From the NCBI GenBank assembly GCA_949296365.1, contig CASFPZ010000016.1, forward strand, positions 17,157 through 81,156: a stretch of DNA of 64,000 nt, in the 5' to 3' direction. A model generated the notes under the pieces. It was not told where the DNA came from. It did not search any database and saw only the letters and a list, made by a program, of their open reading frames with translations. Numbering within the stretch: position 1 is the first letter of the stretch; each line of letters starts with the position of its first letter. The DNA comes from an uncultured Akkermansia sp. (lineage in GTDB: Bacteria > Verrucomicrobiota > Verrucomicrobiia > Verrucomicrobiales > Akkermansiaceae). Shown here in pieces: positions 1 through 9,456 of the stretch. Both the position numbers and the translations under genes were made by a program.

Positions 1-2
1 TC

Positions 3-1466
3 CAAAACGAAGTTAACAAGGGGAACTACATGGCAGCGTTGCAACTTGCTCTATACTGGAGACTGAAGGTTGACGGAGGCAAAAATATGTCTCTTGAATC
101 CATAGAAGCTAATTATCAGACCCAAAAATGGTTAGAAAAAGCCCAACCATCAGATCATCCGGTTGTCGCACTTTATCAAGCAGTTCAACAGGAAAATTCC
201 AAAATTTGGGATGCACAGGGAACTCTGCCTCAAAACGTTCAACAAACTCTTGAGGACTGTAGGACATTAGCTCGACAAGGGAATTTTGAAGCGATTGAGG
301 CATTGTCCAACTTGACCCAGCCAGATGAGCAAGAAACGCGCCTCTGGGTTAAAGCACTGAAGCGAAAAGTTGAACAAGATCATAACATGGAAGCAGCCGC
401 CCAACTCGCTAACCTTTGCCTATTTAGTATTGCAGGCAATACTCAAGATCCTCAGATAGGGTTGTACTATGCAGAGCTCGCCGCTAAAGCCAACAATATC
501 GAAGGCATGTTCATTTTAGGTAAAGCGCTCAGATACGGGATGGGAGATTCTGACCGTACTGATGAAGGAATCCAATGGCTTCAGAAAGCAGCCCAATTAG
601 GTCATGTCAATGCAATTAAAATTCTCCTCAACGATGTCCACCTGGCAGATGAGACACAAGAAAGCCAAGATATAGTCAAGCAAGAACAAGAGTGGGAAAA
701 GTTGCTTTGCAAACGAGGTCAGGTTGACACCCTCGTCGCTCGAGGCCTCGATTTGATCGAGCAAAAAGAGCATCTCAACGAGGGAGTTGTTTTACTCCAA
801 CGAGCAGCGGACCAAGATAGTTTCGAAGCGATCGAGGCTCTAGCTCAGTACTATGAGGAACTTTCGCACAACACACCAGAAGATGAAAACAAAGCAGCAC
901 TCGAAGCCAGCAAAGCATACCGTTTAGCAGAAAAGCTTGCTGAAAAGGGAGGGGTTCAAGGAATGATCCGTCTTGCAGAATATTACGAACGAGGATTCGG
1001 AACAGCAAAAGATTTTGGAAAAACAATTGAGTGGCTTCAAAAAGCCAGTGCTATGGATTCCCAACGTGCTAAAATCAAATACGCTCGATGTCTCTTGAAT
1101 GGGATTGGAGGAAAAGTCGATAAACAAAAAGCCTTTGATCTTCTTTCAGAAGTGAAAGAAGATGCACCGGATACTCCGGATCTTGATTTCATGTTAGGAT
1201 ATATGTATGAAGAAGGATTTGGGGATACGCCACCTAATCTTGCAGCGGCATGTAAATACTACACACAAGGAGCCGAAAAAGGAGATTCTCGAGCTATGAA
1301 TAACCTTGCCTCAATGTATGAAACAGGATCTGGAATGAAAAAGGATCTCGACCAAGCCCTCAAATGGTACAAGAAATCTGCGGAACTAGGCAATAAAGAT
1401 GCCCAAATCAACTTAAAGCGGCTCAAATCCATCAATAATATCTCGGTAAAGATTCCAGAGAATTGA
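3..1466 (+). CDS. SEL1-like repeat (TPR) protein, probably 5'-truncated by the window edge
   Basis: Repeated SEL1 units (GMFILGKALRYGMG...WLQKAAQLG; AMNNLASMYETGSG...WYKKSAELG). The frame is open from base 3, and KGNYMAALQLALYW...KWLEKA is itself a SEL1-like unit, so the start probably lies upstream of the window. Confidence 0.85.
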   Translation, partial: QNEVNKGNYMAALQLALYWRLKVDGGKNMSLESIEANYQTQKWLEKAQPSDHPVVALYQAVQQENSKIWDAQGTLPQNVQQTLEDCRTLARQGNFEAIEALSNLTQPDEQETRLWVKALKRKVEQDHNMEAAAQLANLCLFSIAGNTQDPQIGLYYAELAAKANNIEGMFILGKALRYGMGDSDRTDEGIQWLQKAAQLGHVNAIKILLNDVHLADETQESQDIVKQEQEWEKLLCKRGQVDTLVARGLDLIEQKEHLNEGVVLLQRAADQDSFEAIEALAQYYEELSHNTPEDENKAALEASKAYRLAEKLAEKGGVQGMIRLAEYYERGFGTAKDFGKTIEWLQKASAMDSQRAKIKYARCLLNGIGGKVDKQKAFDLLSEVKEDAPDTPDLDFMLGYMYEEGFGDTPPNLAAACKYYTQGAEKGDSRAMNNLASMYETGSGMKKDLDQALKWYKKSAELGNKDAQINLKRLKSINNISVKIPEN

Positions 1467-1490
1467 TCTCGTTCTCTTTTTATCTTCCGC

Positions 1491-2090
1491 ATGCTCAAAA
1501 AGATTTTCATCTACTTTTGTCAAATTTTGGTCTATCTAGCGATTGCCTTGATTCCGATCGCTTGGTACTTGTACCACATAAACGATTATGGATTTTATGA
1601 AGCGATCATCAAGGCTCTTGTCGCAGCTCTTGTCATAGCAGTTTTCCTTCGAGTTTGTTTGTTGCCGGCCATTGGGAATATCATCACAGAGACCCTCTTT
1701 TCAGCTCATTCATTTCCTGACGAAGCCAAAGAACTCGCTCTGGCACGCAATCTACTCGCGCAAGGTAAACTTAATGAAGCATGCCAAACACTCGAGCAAT
1801 ATGCAAAAAATAATCCTGGGTACCTCAAAGCCTGGGATGCTTATATTTCCTTTCTTTTGGATCCGATGAAAGACTATAAACGGGCAGTTGCCGTGATGGA
1901 AGAATGTTCTCAATCGAAACGGTGGAATGCAGAAGATCGAGCCTGGTTCCTTTACCGTTGTGGCAAAATTTACGAGAACCACCTGTCCCAGCACACACAA
2001 GCAGTCAACTGCTGGCAAAAAGCAGCTAAAAAATATCCCAAGACAGCTTTTGGTCGAGAAGCCGCCAATAAACTGGCCCATCCTAGTTAA
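1491..2090 (+). CDS. Membrane-anchored TPR protein
   Basis: Two N-terminal hydrophobic helices followed by TPR-like helices (AWFLYRCGKIYENHL...AVNCWQKAAKKYP). Confidence 0.7.
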   Translation: MLKKIFIYFCQILVYLAIALIPIAWYLYHINDYGFYEAIIKALVAALVIAVFLRVCLLPAIGNIITETLFSAHSFPDEAKELALARNLLAQGKLNEACQTLEQYAKNNPGYLKAWDAYISFLLDPMKDYKRAVAVMEECSQSKRWNAEDRAWFLYRCGKIYENHLSQHTQAVNCWQKAAKKYPKTAFGREAANKLAHPS

Positions 2091-2142
2091 ATCAACAGCA
2101 TCAGCAATCTCTCACTTCGACGAATATTCTTAATTTTTTCTC

Positions 2143-4440
2143 ATGATTCCATCTCTCCCACAACAGACTCCTCAAGAACGCATTGCTTGGCTCCGTTCAG
2201 AGCTCGAACGCCACAATCGCCTCTATTATATTCAAGCCGACCCGGAAATCTCTGATAGCGAATACGATGCTTTGTTTCGCGAACTCGAAGGACTCGAACA
2301 TTCCCATCCGGAACTAGATTCACCCAATTCTCCCACAAAACGCGTCGGTGGAGCGCCCCAAGAGGAATTTGCTTCTATCCAGCACCAAACGCCCATGTTG
2401 TCCATCGATGATATTTTTGAGCATTCGGGATCAGAGGAACCGGATCAGGAATTGATCGATTATTACGAACGGACCTGTCAACTAGCAGGAGAGTCTCGGT
2501 TAGACGTTACCGTTGAGCCCAAAATTGACGGAGTCGCCATAACCCTTATGTATCAGAATGGTCAGCTCGCCTACGCAGCGACACGTGGGGATGGCCATGT
2601 GGGAGACGACATTACAGCCAACGCCCGAACTATCCGCTCCATTCCTTTGTTTCTCCAAAGTCATTTTTTGCCGGAAGTTCTCGAGGTACGAGGAGAAATC
2701 TTCATGCCCAAAGAGGATTTTGCCCGACTCAATGCAGAGCGCGATATGAATGGAGAACCAGCTTTTGCCAACCCCCGCAATGCCGCAGCCGGTACGCTAA
2801 AACTACTAGACTCTCGTCAAGTTGCCAAGAGACCATTAGCCTTTATCGCCCATGGAATAGGAAGTTACCACGGGCCCAGACTCAACAATGCCGACGACTT
2901 TCAACGGTTGCTCCAAGAATGTGGTCTTCCCTGCAATACCCCCGTGCTAAAAGCCACTTCTCTCGATGAAGTTCGTCAGGCAGTACGACAAATCGATCAA
3001 TTGCGCCACACCCTTCCCTTTGGGACAGACGGAGCCGTTGTAAAACTGTACGATTTCACACTTCGAGAACAGTTAGGAGCCACAGCGAGGGCACCCCGTT
3101 GGGCCGCCGCTTACAAATTTCCGCCAGAGCAAAAAGCCACCCTTCTCAAAGCTATTTCTATTCAGGTAGGACGAACAGGAGTATTAACACCAGTAGCCGA
3201 GCTCTCGCCAATTCGGCTCTCCGGGACAACAGTCTCACGTGCAACCCTGCATAACCAGGATGAAATTTCGCGCAAAGACATTCGCATAGGCGACACAGTT
3301 ATCGTTGAAAAAGCGGGAGAAATTATTCCAGCCATTATTCGCATTGTTCCAGAAAAACGCCCTACCGATGCGCAACCTTATTCAATAGTCAAAGCAGTTC
3401 AGGGGATGTGCCCAGCCTGTGGGGCACCGATTTCGCAACAAGAAGGAATGGTTGCCTGGAAATGTACCAATTTTACCTGTCCAGCTCAGGCCGTTTCTCG
3501 CATTACACATTTTTGTTCACGAGCAGCTCTTGACATCGAGAGTATTGGAACTTCGGCAGCGGAAGCGCTCGTGGAGGCCCGATTGGCTCATTCTCCGCTC
3601 GATCTATTTGATCTTAGTATCGATCAACTGGCAGGATTAAATCTTGGAACTGTCGATGAGCCCAGACGTTTTGGCGAAAAAAATGCACGCAAAGCTTGGG
3701 AAGCGCTACACACAGCAGCGCCCAACTTGCCACTCGACCGTTGGGTGACCGCATTCGGCATTCCTCAAGTTGGAGAAGTCATAGCTCACTCGTTAGCAGC
3801 AACTCACGCTAGTTTAGTCCAGTTGTCTGATTCGCCTTATCTAAGGGATCTAATTCGTTTAGATAATTTACTCAATCAACTACAGTTAGCAAACCCCAAT
3901 ACTCGAGCCAATAAAAAACTCATTCGAGAAGCTCCAGACAGCGAAGTCAATATCCAGCAAAACTTTGTCTCTTTGCTGAATACCTACACGTCAACCGCAC
4001 GACCATGGCTCGAACGCGGCTACATTCGAGAGCTCAAAAACAAAGTAGGGAAAATACCAGCCTATGGTTCAGATATCGGAGTTTCAGCTGCACGAGAAAT
4101 CATTAATTTCTTTGCGTCACAAGCCGGGCGCAGAGTCCTCCAGAAACTCGACCAACTGGATATTACCCCACCATCTCCCACATATCGGGCCTATGCGAAT
4201 GAACAAAACCAAGGACTCTTAGAGGGCAAATCGTTCGTCATTACAGGAACACTCAGTCAACCTCGCAGTTATTTCGAGAAACTCATAGCAGAGCATGGGG
4301 GTAAAGTTTCATCAGCCATTTCTCAGGCTTCATCCTATTTGTTAGCAGGCAAAGGAGGGGGATCTAAACGAGCGAAAGCCGTTCAGTGGGGAATCTCTAT
4401 CATTTCCGAAGAGGACTTCATGAAGATGATCCACTCGTAA
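2143..4440 (+). CDS. ligA: NAD-dependent DNA ligase
   Basis: EPKIDG adenylation motif, ATRGDG, NPRNAAAGTLK, Zn finger CPAC...CTNFTC, HhH region and C-terminal BRCT (GKSFVITGTL). Confidence 0.97.
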   Translation: MIPSLPQQTPQERIAWLRSELERHNRLYYIQADPEISDSEYDALFRELEGLEHSHPELDSPNSPTKRVGGAPQEEFASIQHQTPMLSIDDIFEHSGSEEPDQELIDYYERTCQLAGESRLDVTVEPKIDGVAITLMYQNGQLAYAATRGDGHVGDDITANARTIRSIPLFLQSHFLPEVLEVRGEIFMPKEDFARLNAERDMNGEPAFANPRNAAAGTLKLLDSRQVAKRPLAFIAHGIGSYHGPRLNNADDFQRLLQECGLPCNTPVLKATSLDEVRQAVRQIDQLRHTLPFGTDGAVVKLYDFTLREQLGATARAPRWAAAYKFPPEQKATLLKAISIQVGRTGVLTPVAELSPIRLSGTTVSRATLHNQDEISRKDIRIGDTVIVEKAGEIIPAIIRIVPEKRPTDAQPYSIVKAVQGMCPACGAPISQQEGMVAWKCTNFTCPAQAVSRITHFCSRAALDIESIGTSAAEALVEARLAHSPLDLFDLSIDQLAGLNLGTVDEPRRFGEKNARKAWEALHTAAPNLPLDRWVTAFGIPQVGEVIAHSLAATHASLVQLSDSPYLRDLIRLDNLLNQLQLANPNTRANKKLIREAPDSEVNIQQNFVSLLNTYTSTARPWLERGYIRELKNKVGKIPAYGSDIGVSAAREIINFFASQAGRRVLQKLDQLDITPPSPTYRAYANEQNQGLLEGKSFVITGTLSQPRSYFEKLIAEHGGKVSSAISQASSYLLAGKGGGSKRAKAVQWGISIISEEDFMKMIHS

Positions 4441-4466
4441 AAGTCATTCATACACGCTTCATTCCT

Positions 4467-5030
4467 ATGGCATTCATCATTCTCGGAGTTACCGGTTCCA
4501 TTGCTGCTTATAAAGCGGCTGATCTCTGTTCTCGCCTCGTCAAATCAGGACACGATGTCCACTGCGTTTGCACAGCTAAAGCATGCGAATTCATCACACC
4601 TTTGACTTTGCAAACAATATCACGCAATCGTGTCTTTACTTCATTCGACGATGAAAAGAACGAATGGATTCCCCCTCATATCAGCATGACCGACAAAGCC
4701 GCTCTTCTCGTCGTGGCCCCCGCCACAGCCAATACCATCGCTCACATGGCTTACGGATTCGCTCATGATATACTAGGGGCAGTCTACCTGGCGACACAAA
4801 GCCCAATTCTCATCTGTCCAGCTATGAATACGCGCATGTGGACCCACCCAGCAACACAACATAACAAAAGAATTTTAGCAAGTCGCCCTAACCATTACAT
4901 TTTGGGACCCGCCTCTGAAGGAGTTCTCGCTTGTGGAGCTCGAGGTGCAGGGAAACTTGTGCCAGTCGACACCATTGTGCAAGCGATCCAAGATATTCTG
5001 GATGGCCATTCGCCGACGCAATGTATTTAA
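4467..5030 (+). CDS. coaC: Phosphopantothenoylcysteine decarboxylase (stand-alone CoaC flavoprotein)
   Basis: IILGVTGSIAAYKA, VAPATAN, PAMNTRMW, LACG..G.GKL motifs; no CoaB domain. Start set at ATG 4467 to avoid overlapping ligA. Confidence 0.9.
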   Translation: MAFIILGVTGSIAAYKAADLCSRLVKSGHDVHCVCTAKACEFITPLTLQTISRNRVFTSFDDEKNEWIPPHISMTDKAALLVVAPATANTIAHMAYGFAHDILGAVYLATQSPILICPAMNTRMWTHPATQHNKRILASRPNHYILGPASEGVLACGARGAGKLVPVDTIVQAIQDILDGHSPTQCI

Positions 5031-5061
5031 TGCGCATTTTTTACTTTTTACGCGTTGTGCA

Positions 5062-5673
5062 ATGACTTATGATATCGACATGAAAGCGGCAGTTCTTTTC
5101 ATGATGCTTGCATGTTGTCTGTGTTCCTGTGAGACCAAGTTCCCGATCAGTTTTCATATGGAGCAGAAAGACGATTTGGGCAAATCATTCAAAGCAGTCG
5201 ATAAATTCACCATTCGCGAAAAGAACAAAGTTTTTGACCGAGCGCCCTTTCTTTCTGGCAACGATATGCAGAGTTACCGTTCTTTTCCGGCGCAAGATGG
5301 GACTTACGGTGTCGTATTCAATGTAAAAAGGATGATGTGGTCGCGTCTGGAAGCTTTCACAACCAATAATTTGGGTTCAGATATTCTCCCCATGGTTAAT
5401 GGACATCCCATGGAAGTCACCCACCTCTACAACAAACCTATCACGTCGGGGAAAATAGTCATTTGGGGAGGGTTTACTCCGGCTGACTTAGCGGTTTTAG
5501 CCGACACCATACCGCCGGAAAACGAAGAAAAAGAGCAACCAATCCTTAATATTGCCGACTCGACTAAACCTAATTTAAGTGTCAGCCCGCAAGAATGGGC
5601 AGAGCGACAAAAAGAAAAAGCCGAGGAAGTAGAGGAGCGCAAGGTGATCTCAGAAAAACGAGGGAGATTCTAA
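5062..5673 (+). CDS. Hypothetical lipoprotein, possibly with a SecDF P1-head-like fold
   Basis: Signal peptide with Cys (LACCLCSC); GVVFNV...LPMVNG...PITSGKIVIWG pattern recalls SecD head subdomains; charged tail. Confidence 0.5.
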   Translation: MTYDIDMKAAVLFMMLACCLCSCETKFPISFHMEQKDDLGKSFKAVDKFTIREKNKVFDRAPFLSGNDMQSYRSFPAQDGTYGVVFNVKRMMWSRLEAFTTNNLGSDILPMVNGHPMEVTHLYNKPITSGKIVIWGGFTPADLAVLADTIPPENEEKEQPILNIADSTKPNLSVSPQEWAERQKEKAEEVEERKVISEKRGRF

Positions 5674-5677
5674 AACC

Positions 5678-6724
5678 GTGCGGAAACAGTTTCACATCCC
5701 TTCAGCTGCTTTGTTTTACGGACTCTTGGCCGTCTTTTTTTCCATGTCGGCCAAGGCGGTTTTTATTCGTCTTCCAACTCAAAATGATGCTATATTCCAT
5801 AGCAAACCCGAAGCATTCTACATGTACGTTGATAGGACTTTCGGAGGGGTCAAAAGCAAACCATGGCAAGGCGGCCAGTACGGATTCGTTCGTACACTAG
5901 TCAAAACTCAGGCAGGACCTATCGCGACCAAATTTCACGAGGGTATTGACATCAGACCAATTAAGTACGATGCAAAAGGCAATCCTCTAGATGAAGTAAG
6001 GCCCGTAGCAGGAGGCAAGGTTGTTTATGTTTCGGATAATCCGAAACAGAGTTCTTATGGACGTTACATTGTCATCGAACACAAGTTACCAGAAGGTCCG
6101 CTTTATAGCCTTTATGCACATTTAGCCTCAATATCATGTCGCGTTGGAGAATATGTTGGCACCGGTAATACAATTGGTAAAATAGGGTATTCCGGCACAG
6201 GAATCAACAAGGAACGGGCCCATCTACATCTTGAATTAGCACTTTTACTCAACAAGGATTTTCAGGTTTGGTACGATTCTCGGAGACTGGGGACCCCCAA
6301 CAGACATGGCATTTACAATGGATTAAACTTAGCAGGGTTTAACCCTAGCGACGCCCTGATGGTCAGCAATAACCAGAAGTCTTTTGAACTTAGTCAATAT
6401 ATTTCCTCGCTCAAGCCACAATACACAGTTCGAGTCCCTAACACAGGGATGTTGGATCTAGCCCAACGTTATCCATTTTTACTCCGCCAAGGGCCAGCAC
6501 AACCAACATCTTGGGAAATAGCATTGACGGGAGAAGGGGTGCCAGTTTCCATCACACCTTCAACAGCCGCTTGTTCCTCTCCAGTTGTTATCCACGCCGT
6601 ACCCCATCCGTTCAATCAATTGTACAGAACCGTCAACCGAGTTAAAGGATCTAGCAAAAAACCCATTCTCACACCATCAGGGCAAAGTTATATCAAGTTG
6701 TTGACTCTCGGCGCAGGCAAGTAA
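5678..6724 (+). CDS. M23 family peptidase
   Basis: FHEGIDI, YGRYIVIEH, YAHL, IGYSG and AHLHLE zinc motifs; N-terminal signal; GTG start. Confidence 0.9.
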   Translation: MRKQFHIPSAALFYGLLAVFFSMSAKAVFIRLPTQNDAIFHSKPEAFYMYVDRTFGGVKSKPWQGGQYGFVRTLVKTQAGPIATKFHEGIDIRPIKYDAKGNPLDEVRPVAGGKVVYVSDNPKQSSYGRYIVIEHKLPEGPLYSLYAHLASISCRVGEYVGTGNTIGKIGYSGTGINKERAHLHLELALLLNKDFQVWYDSRRLGTPNRHGIYNGLNLAGFNPSDALMVSNNQKSFELSQYISSLKPQYTVRVPNTGMLDLAQRYPFLLRQGPAQPTSWEIALTGEGVPVSITPSTAACSSPVVIHAVPHPFNQLYRTVNRVKGSSKKPILTPSGQSYIKLLTLGAGK

Positions 6725-6729
6725 ACCGA

Positions 6730-9444
6730 ATGAAAACATACCTGCCTATGACATCCTTATTGTCTTATTTTCCACTCTGCCTTTTCTTAGTCCACACGTC
6801 AGTTTTGTTGTCTGTAGGGAAAGAGGCGACAATCATGTCGTCGCCGGATCCAGTCGTCTCAGGCAAAATTTCCATTTCCAGTCCAGCATTTCAACGCGGC
6901 CTTAAAGCACTCAAAGATCAATTGCCACTCATTGCCGTCAGGAATTTCCAGGATGCGCTACGAGTTCACGGTGGCAAATGGAATCAAAAACAATTAGAAG
7001 TAGTCAATCAATTTTTGGGAGAAGCCATGATACGTTCTGGCAAATACACAGAAGGGTTGCAAGTGCTCTCTTCACTACCACAGACTCCCGCCAACAACTA
7101 TTGGACAGCGATTGGACTCATCGGACAAGGTTCACTCATTCGTGCCCTTCAATGGCTCACTCACACCGAAATTCCCAAAAATTCTCAGTGGGCCCCTTAT
7201 TATTTGCAAACTCGAGCAGTCATTGCAGGTCGGCTCAATGATCAACAGTTGTTAGAAACCAGTCTTAAAGAACTCGTCTCCCTCCAAGCCGGCGCCATAT
7301 CTGCCCGTGCAGCCATTTGGCTCGCAAGCCTGCACATGCAAAACAAACAATACGATCAGGCATTGGAGACATTAACACCCTTGTTAACTCGCCACGAAGA
7401 TCCACCAGCCTGGTTGTCGAACCTCATTCCTCTAGTTCGCATCGTCCAAGCCCAAATCATGGGAGCTCAAGGTCAATGGGATCCAGCTATCGCCCAATTA
7501 AAAAATCTGGCTGAATCCCCTAAATTGCCAATCAAGTATAAAAATTTAGCACAAGTTACCATTGCTTTACTACATCTTGATCGAGATAAAGATCAGGCAA
7601 AGGCTCACACAGGTAAACCAGACGAACCATCCCCAGTTGAAGAGTCAACACCCGGCGATGAGTCAAATGTTGCGAAAAATTACCTAGGAGAAGATCAATT
7701 ATTAGCTTTCATCTCCAGTAATCCTGATTCTCAATTGTTGACAGACGTATTCAGAGTTTTGTTGCAAGAGAAGACTTTTCAGTCAAATCCGCAAGCTTTA
7801 GAAAAATTGACCTCATGGGCTAACGACACAAACAGTACGCGACAGCCTCTTGCAGCTTACGCCCTCTGTGAAATTTTCAACCGGGAAAAAGATTACGAAG
7901 GCCTCATTTCTCTCACTCGCAAAACTTTAAAACAAGCTCCAGCACATCCTGCTTCAGAAGCCTTGCTCATCAAGACCCTGCACACATTACTCCAACTTGG
8001 GTATGTCGACCAAGCCGACAGTTTGCTCAAAGAATTTCCGTCGTTTCAATCAGTTGCAGTACGTTTCCAAGCAGGCAGAATCGCCTATGAACAACAACGA
8101 TTCGAAGAGGCGCTGCAACTTTTTCAATCGACTTTTTGGGAAGGAGGCGACCGCCTCATGAATACCTCGCTGTATAATGCAACCTTAGCCGCTTTGGAAT
8201 TGTCTGATCGAAACGCCCTCGATGCCATCATGCAGCAAGCAGTCATGGATTCTAATCTTCGAGAAAAACTTGCATACGAGCAAGCACATTATATTGCCCA
8301 ACGCATGATGCCAGAAGCCCAACAAGCGCTTCAATCCATGATTAATGAATTTCCCAATTCTCCTTGGGTAATTCCAGCAAAGCTCGATCTGATCGAAGTG
8401 TTACTCAACCAAAATCCCCCTGACGTCAAAGAAGCAGCTCGTCAAATGAACTTATTCCCCAAGGATAAGTTGGATGCACAGGCTAAATTGAGATACGCAC
8501 GGCTCAACATCATTCTTTTAGAAATTCAACAAAGTTGGGATAAAGCCATCCAGGCAGCGCGAGATGCACTCAAACAATATCCCGATGCCCCCTGTGCCGA
8601 TGCAATTCAACTTAAGCTAGGAGAATTATTGTATAAAAGCGGGAGTTTCAACGAATCATTGTTAGTACTTCAGCCATTTAGCGAGCGGTATCCCGATTCA
8701 GATTTGAAGCGCCCAGCTATGTTTCTAGCTGGGCGAGCAGCCGAACAATGCAATACCCAGGATTCACTCGACACAGCTCTAGGACTATTCCAACAGTTAG
8801 CTGACACCCCTGGGAGGCTTTCTAGTTCCTCGAAAGTAGAAATTGCAGCACTACTGCTCAGGACAGGTAAGACTCAAGAAACGATCGATTATCTCAACCG
8901 CCTCCTTCAGCAACGACTTTCACAGCCGCTCAGGCTACAAGCACTATCTATCTTAGCAGAGGCTTGGGCCTCCATGGGGGATTCAGCACCAGATTCACTA
9001 GTAACAGCCAGAAGACTCTGTACCCAAATGCTCGAAATGCCTAATATCCCCCTGCACTGGAAATTTAAGGCACTTGCACAGCGAGCCCAATTTGCTGAAA
9101 AGCAAGGGAATTTGAACGCAGCTCTCGAAGATTATTTGTCTATTCTTCAATATGCACCAACCAATGATCAAGCATCCAGCCGCAAAGATTGGTTTTGGTT
9201 TTACAGCGCGGGTTTTTCGGCACTGCATATTCTAGAACTTCGTCAGGATTGGCAAGCAGCTCTCGACTTGGCGATACGACTTTCCAAGACGTCCGGGCCC
9301 AAAGCAGCCGATGCAGCTAATCGAGCTAGACGTATCCGGCTCGAACATTTTATCTGGAATGACATCGACCTTGAGCCTATTTCTTTTCCGGACTCCGGCC
9401 AACAAAAGAATCCTGTTCCTCAATTGGAGCCTGCAGAGTCTTAA
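6730..9444 (+). CDS. Large secreted TPR protein
   Basis: 904 aa, signal peptide, many TPR-like helices (AIQLKLGELLYKSG...ERYPDS). Confidence 0.75.
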   Translation: MKTYLPMTSLLSYFPLCLFLVHTSVLLSVGKEATIMSSPDPVVSGKISISSPAFQRGLKALKDQLPLIAVRNFQDALRVHGGKWNQKQLEVVNQFLGEAMIRSGKYTEGLQVLSSLPQTPANNYWTAIGLIGQGSLIRALQWLTHTEIPKNSQWAPYYLQTRAVIAGRLNDQQLLETSLKELVSLQAGAISARAAIWLASLHMQNKQYDQALETLTPLLTRHEDPPAWLSNLIPLVRIVQAQIMGAQGQWDPAIAQLKNLAESPKLPIKYKNLAQVTIALLHLDRDKDQAKAHTGKPDEPSPVEESTPGDESNVAKNYLGEDQLLAFISSNPDSQLLTDVFRVLLQEKTFQSNPQALEKLTSWANDTNSTRQPLAAYALCEIFNREKDYEGLISLTRKTLKQAPAHPASEALLIKTLHTLLQLGYVDQADSLLKEFPSFQSVAVRFQAGRIAYEQQRFEEALQLFQSTFWEGGDRLMNTSLYNATLAALELSDRNALDAIMQQAVMDSNLREKLAYEQAHYIAQRMMPEAQQALQSMINEFPNSPWVIPAKLDLIEVLLNQNPPDVKEAARQMNLFPKDKLDAQAKLRYARLNIILLEIQQSWDKAIQAARDALKQYPDAPCADAIQLKLGELLYKSGSFNESLLVLQPFSERYPDSDLKRPAMFLAGRAAEQCNTQDSLDTALGLFQQLADTPGRLSSSSKVEIAALLLRTGKTQETIDYLNRLLQQRLSQPLRLQALSILAEAWASMGDSAPDSLVTARRLCTQMLEMPNIPLHWKFKALAQRAQFAEKQGNLNAALEDYLSILQYAPTNDQASSRKDWFWFYSAGFSALHILELRQDWQAALDLAIRLSKTSGPKAADAANRARRIRLEHFIWNDIDLEPISFPDSGQQKNPVPQLEPAES

Positions 9445-9456
9445 ATTATTTGAGTT

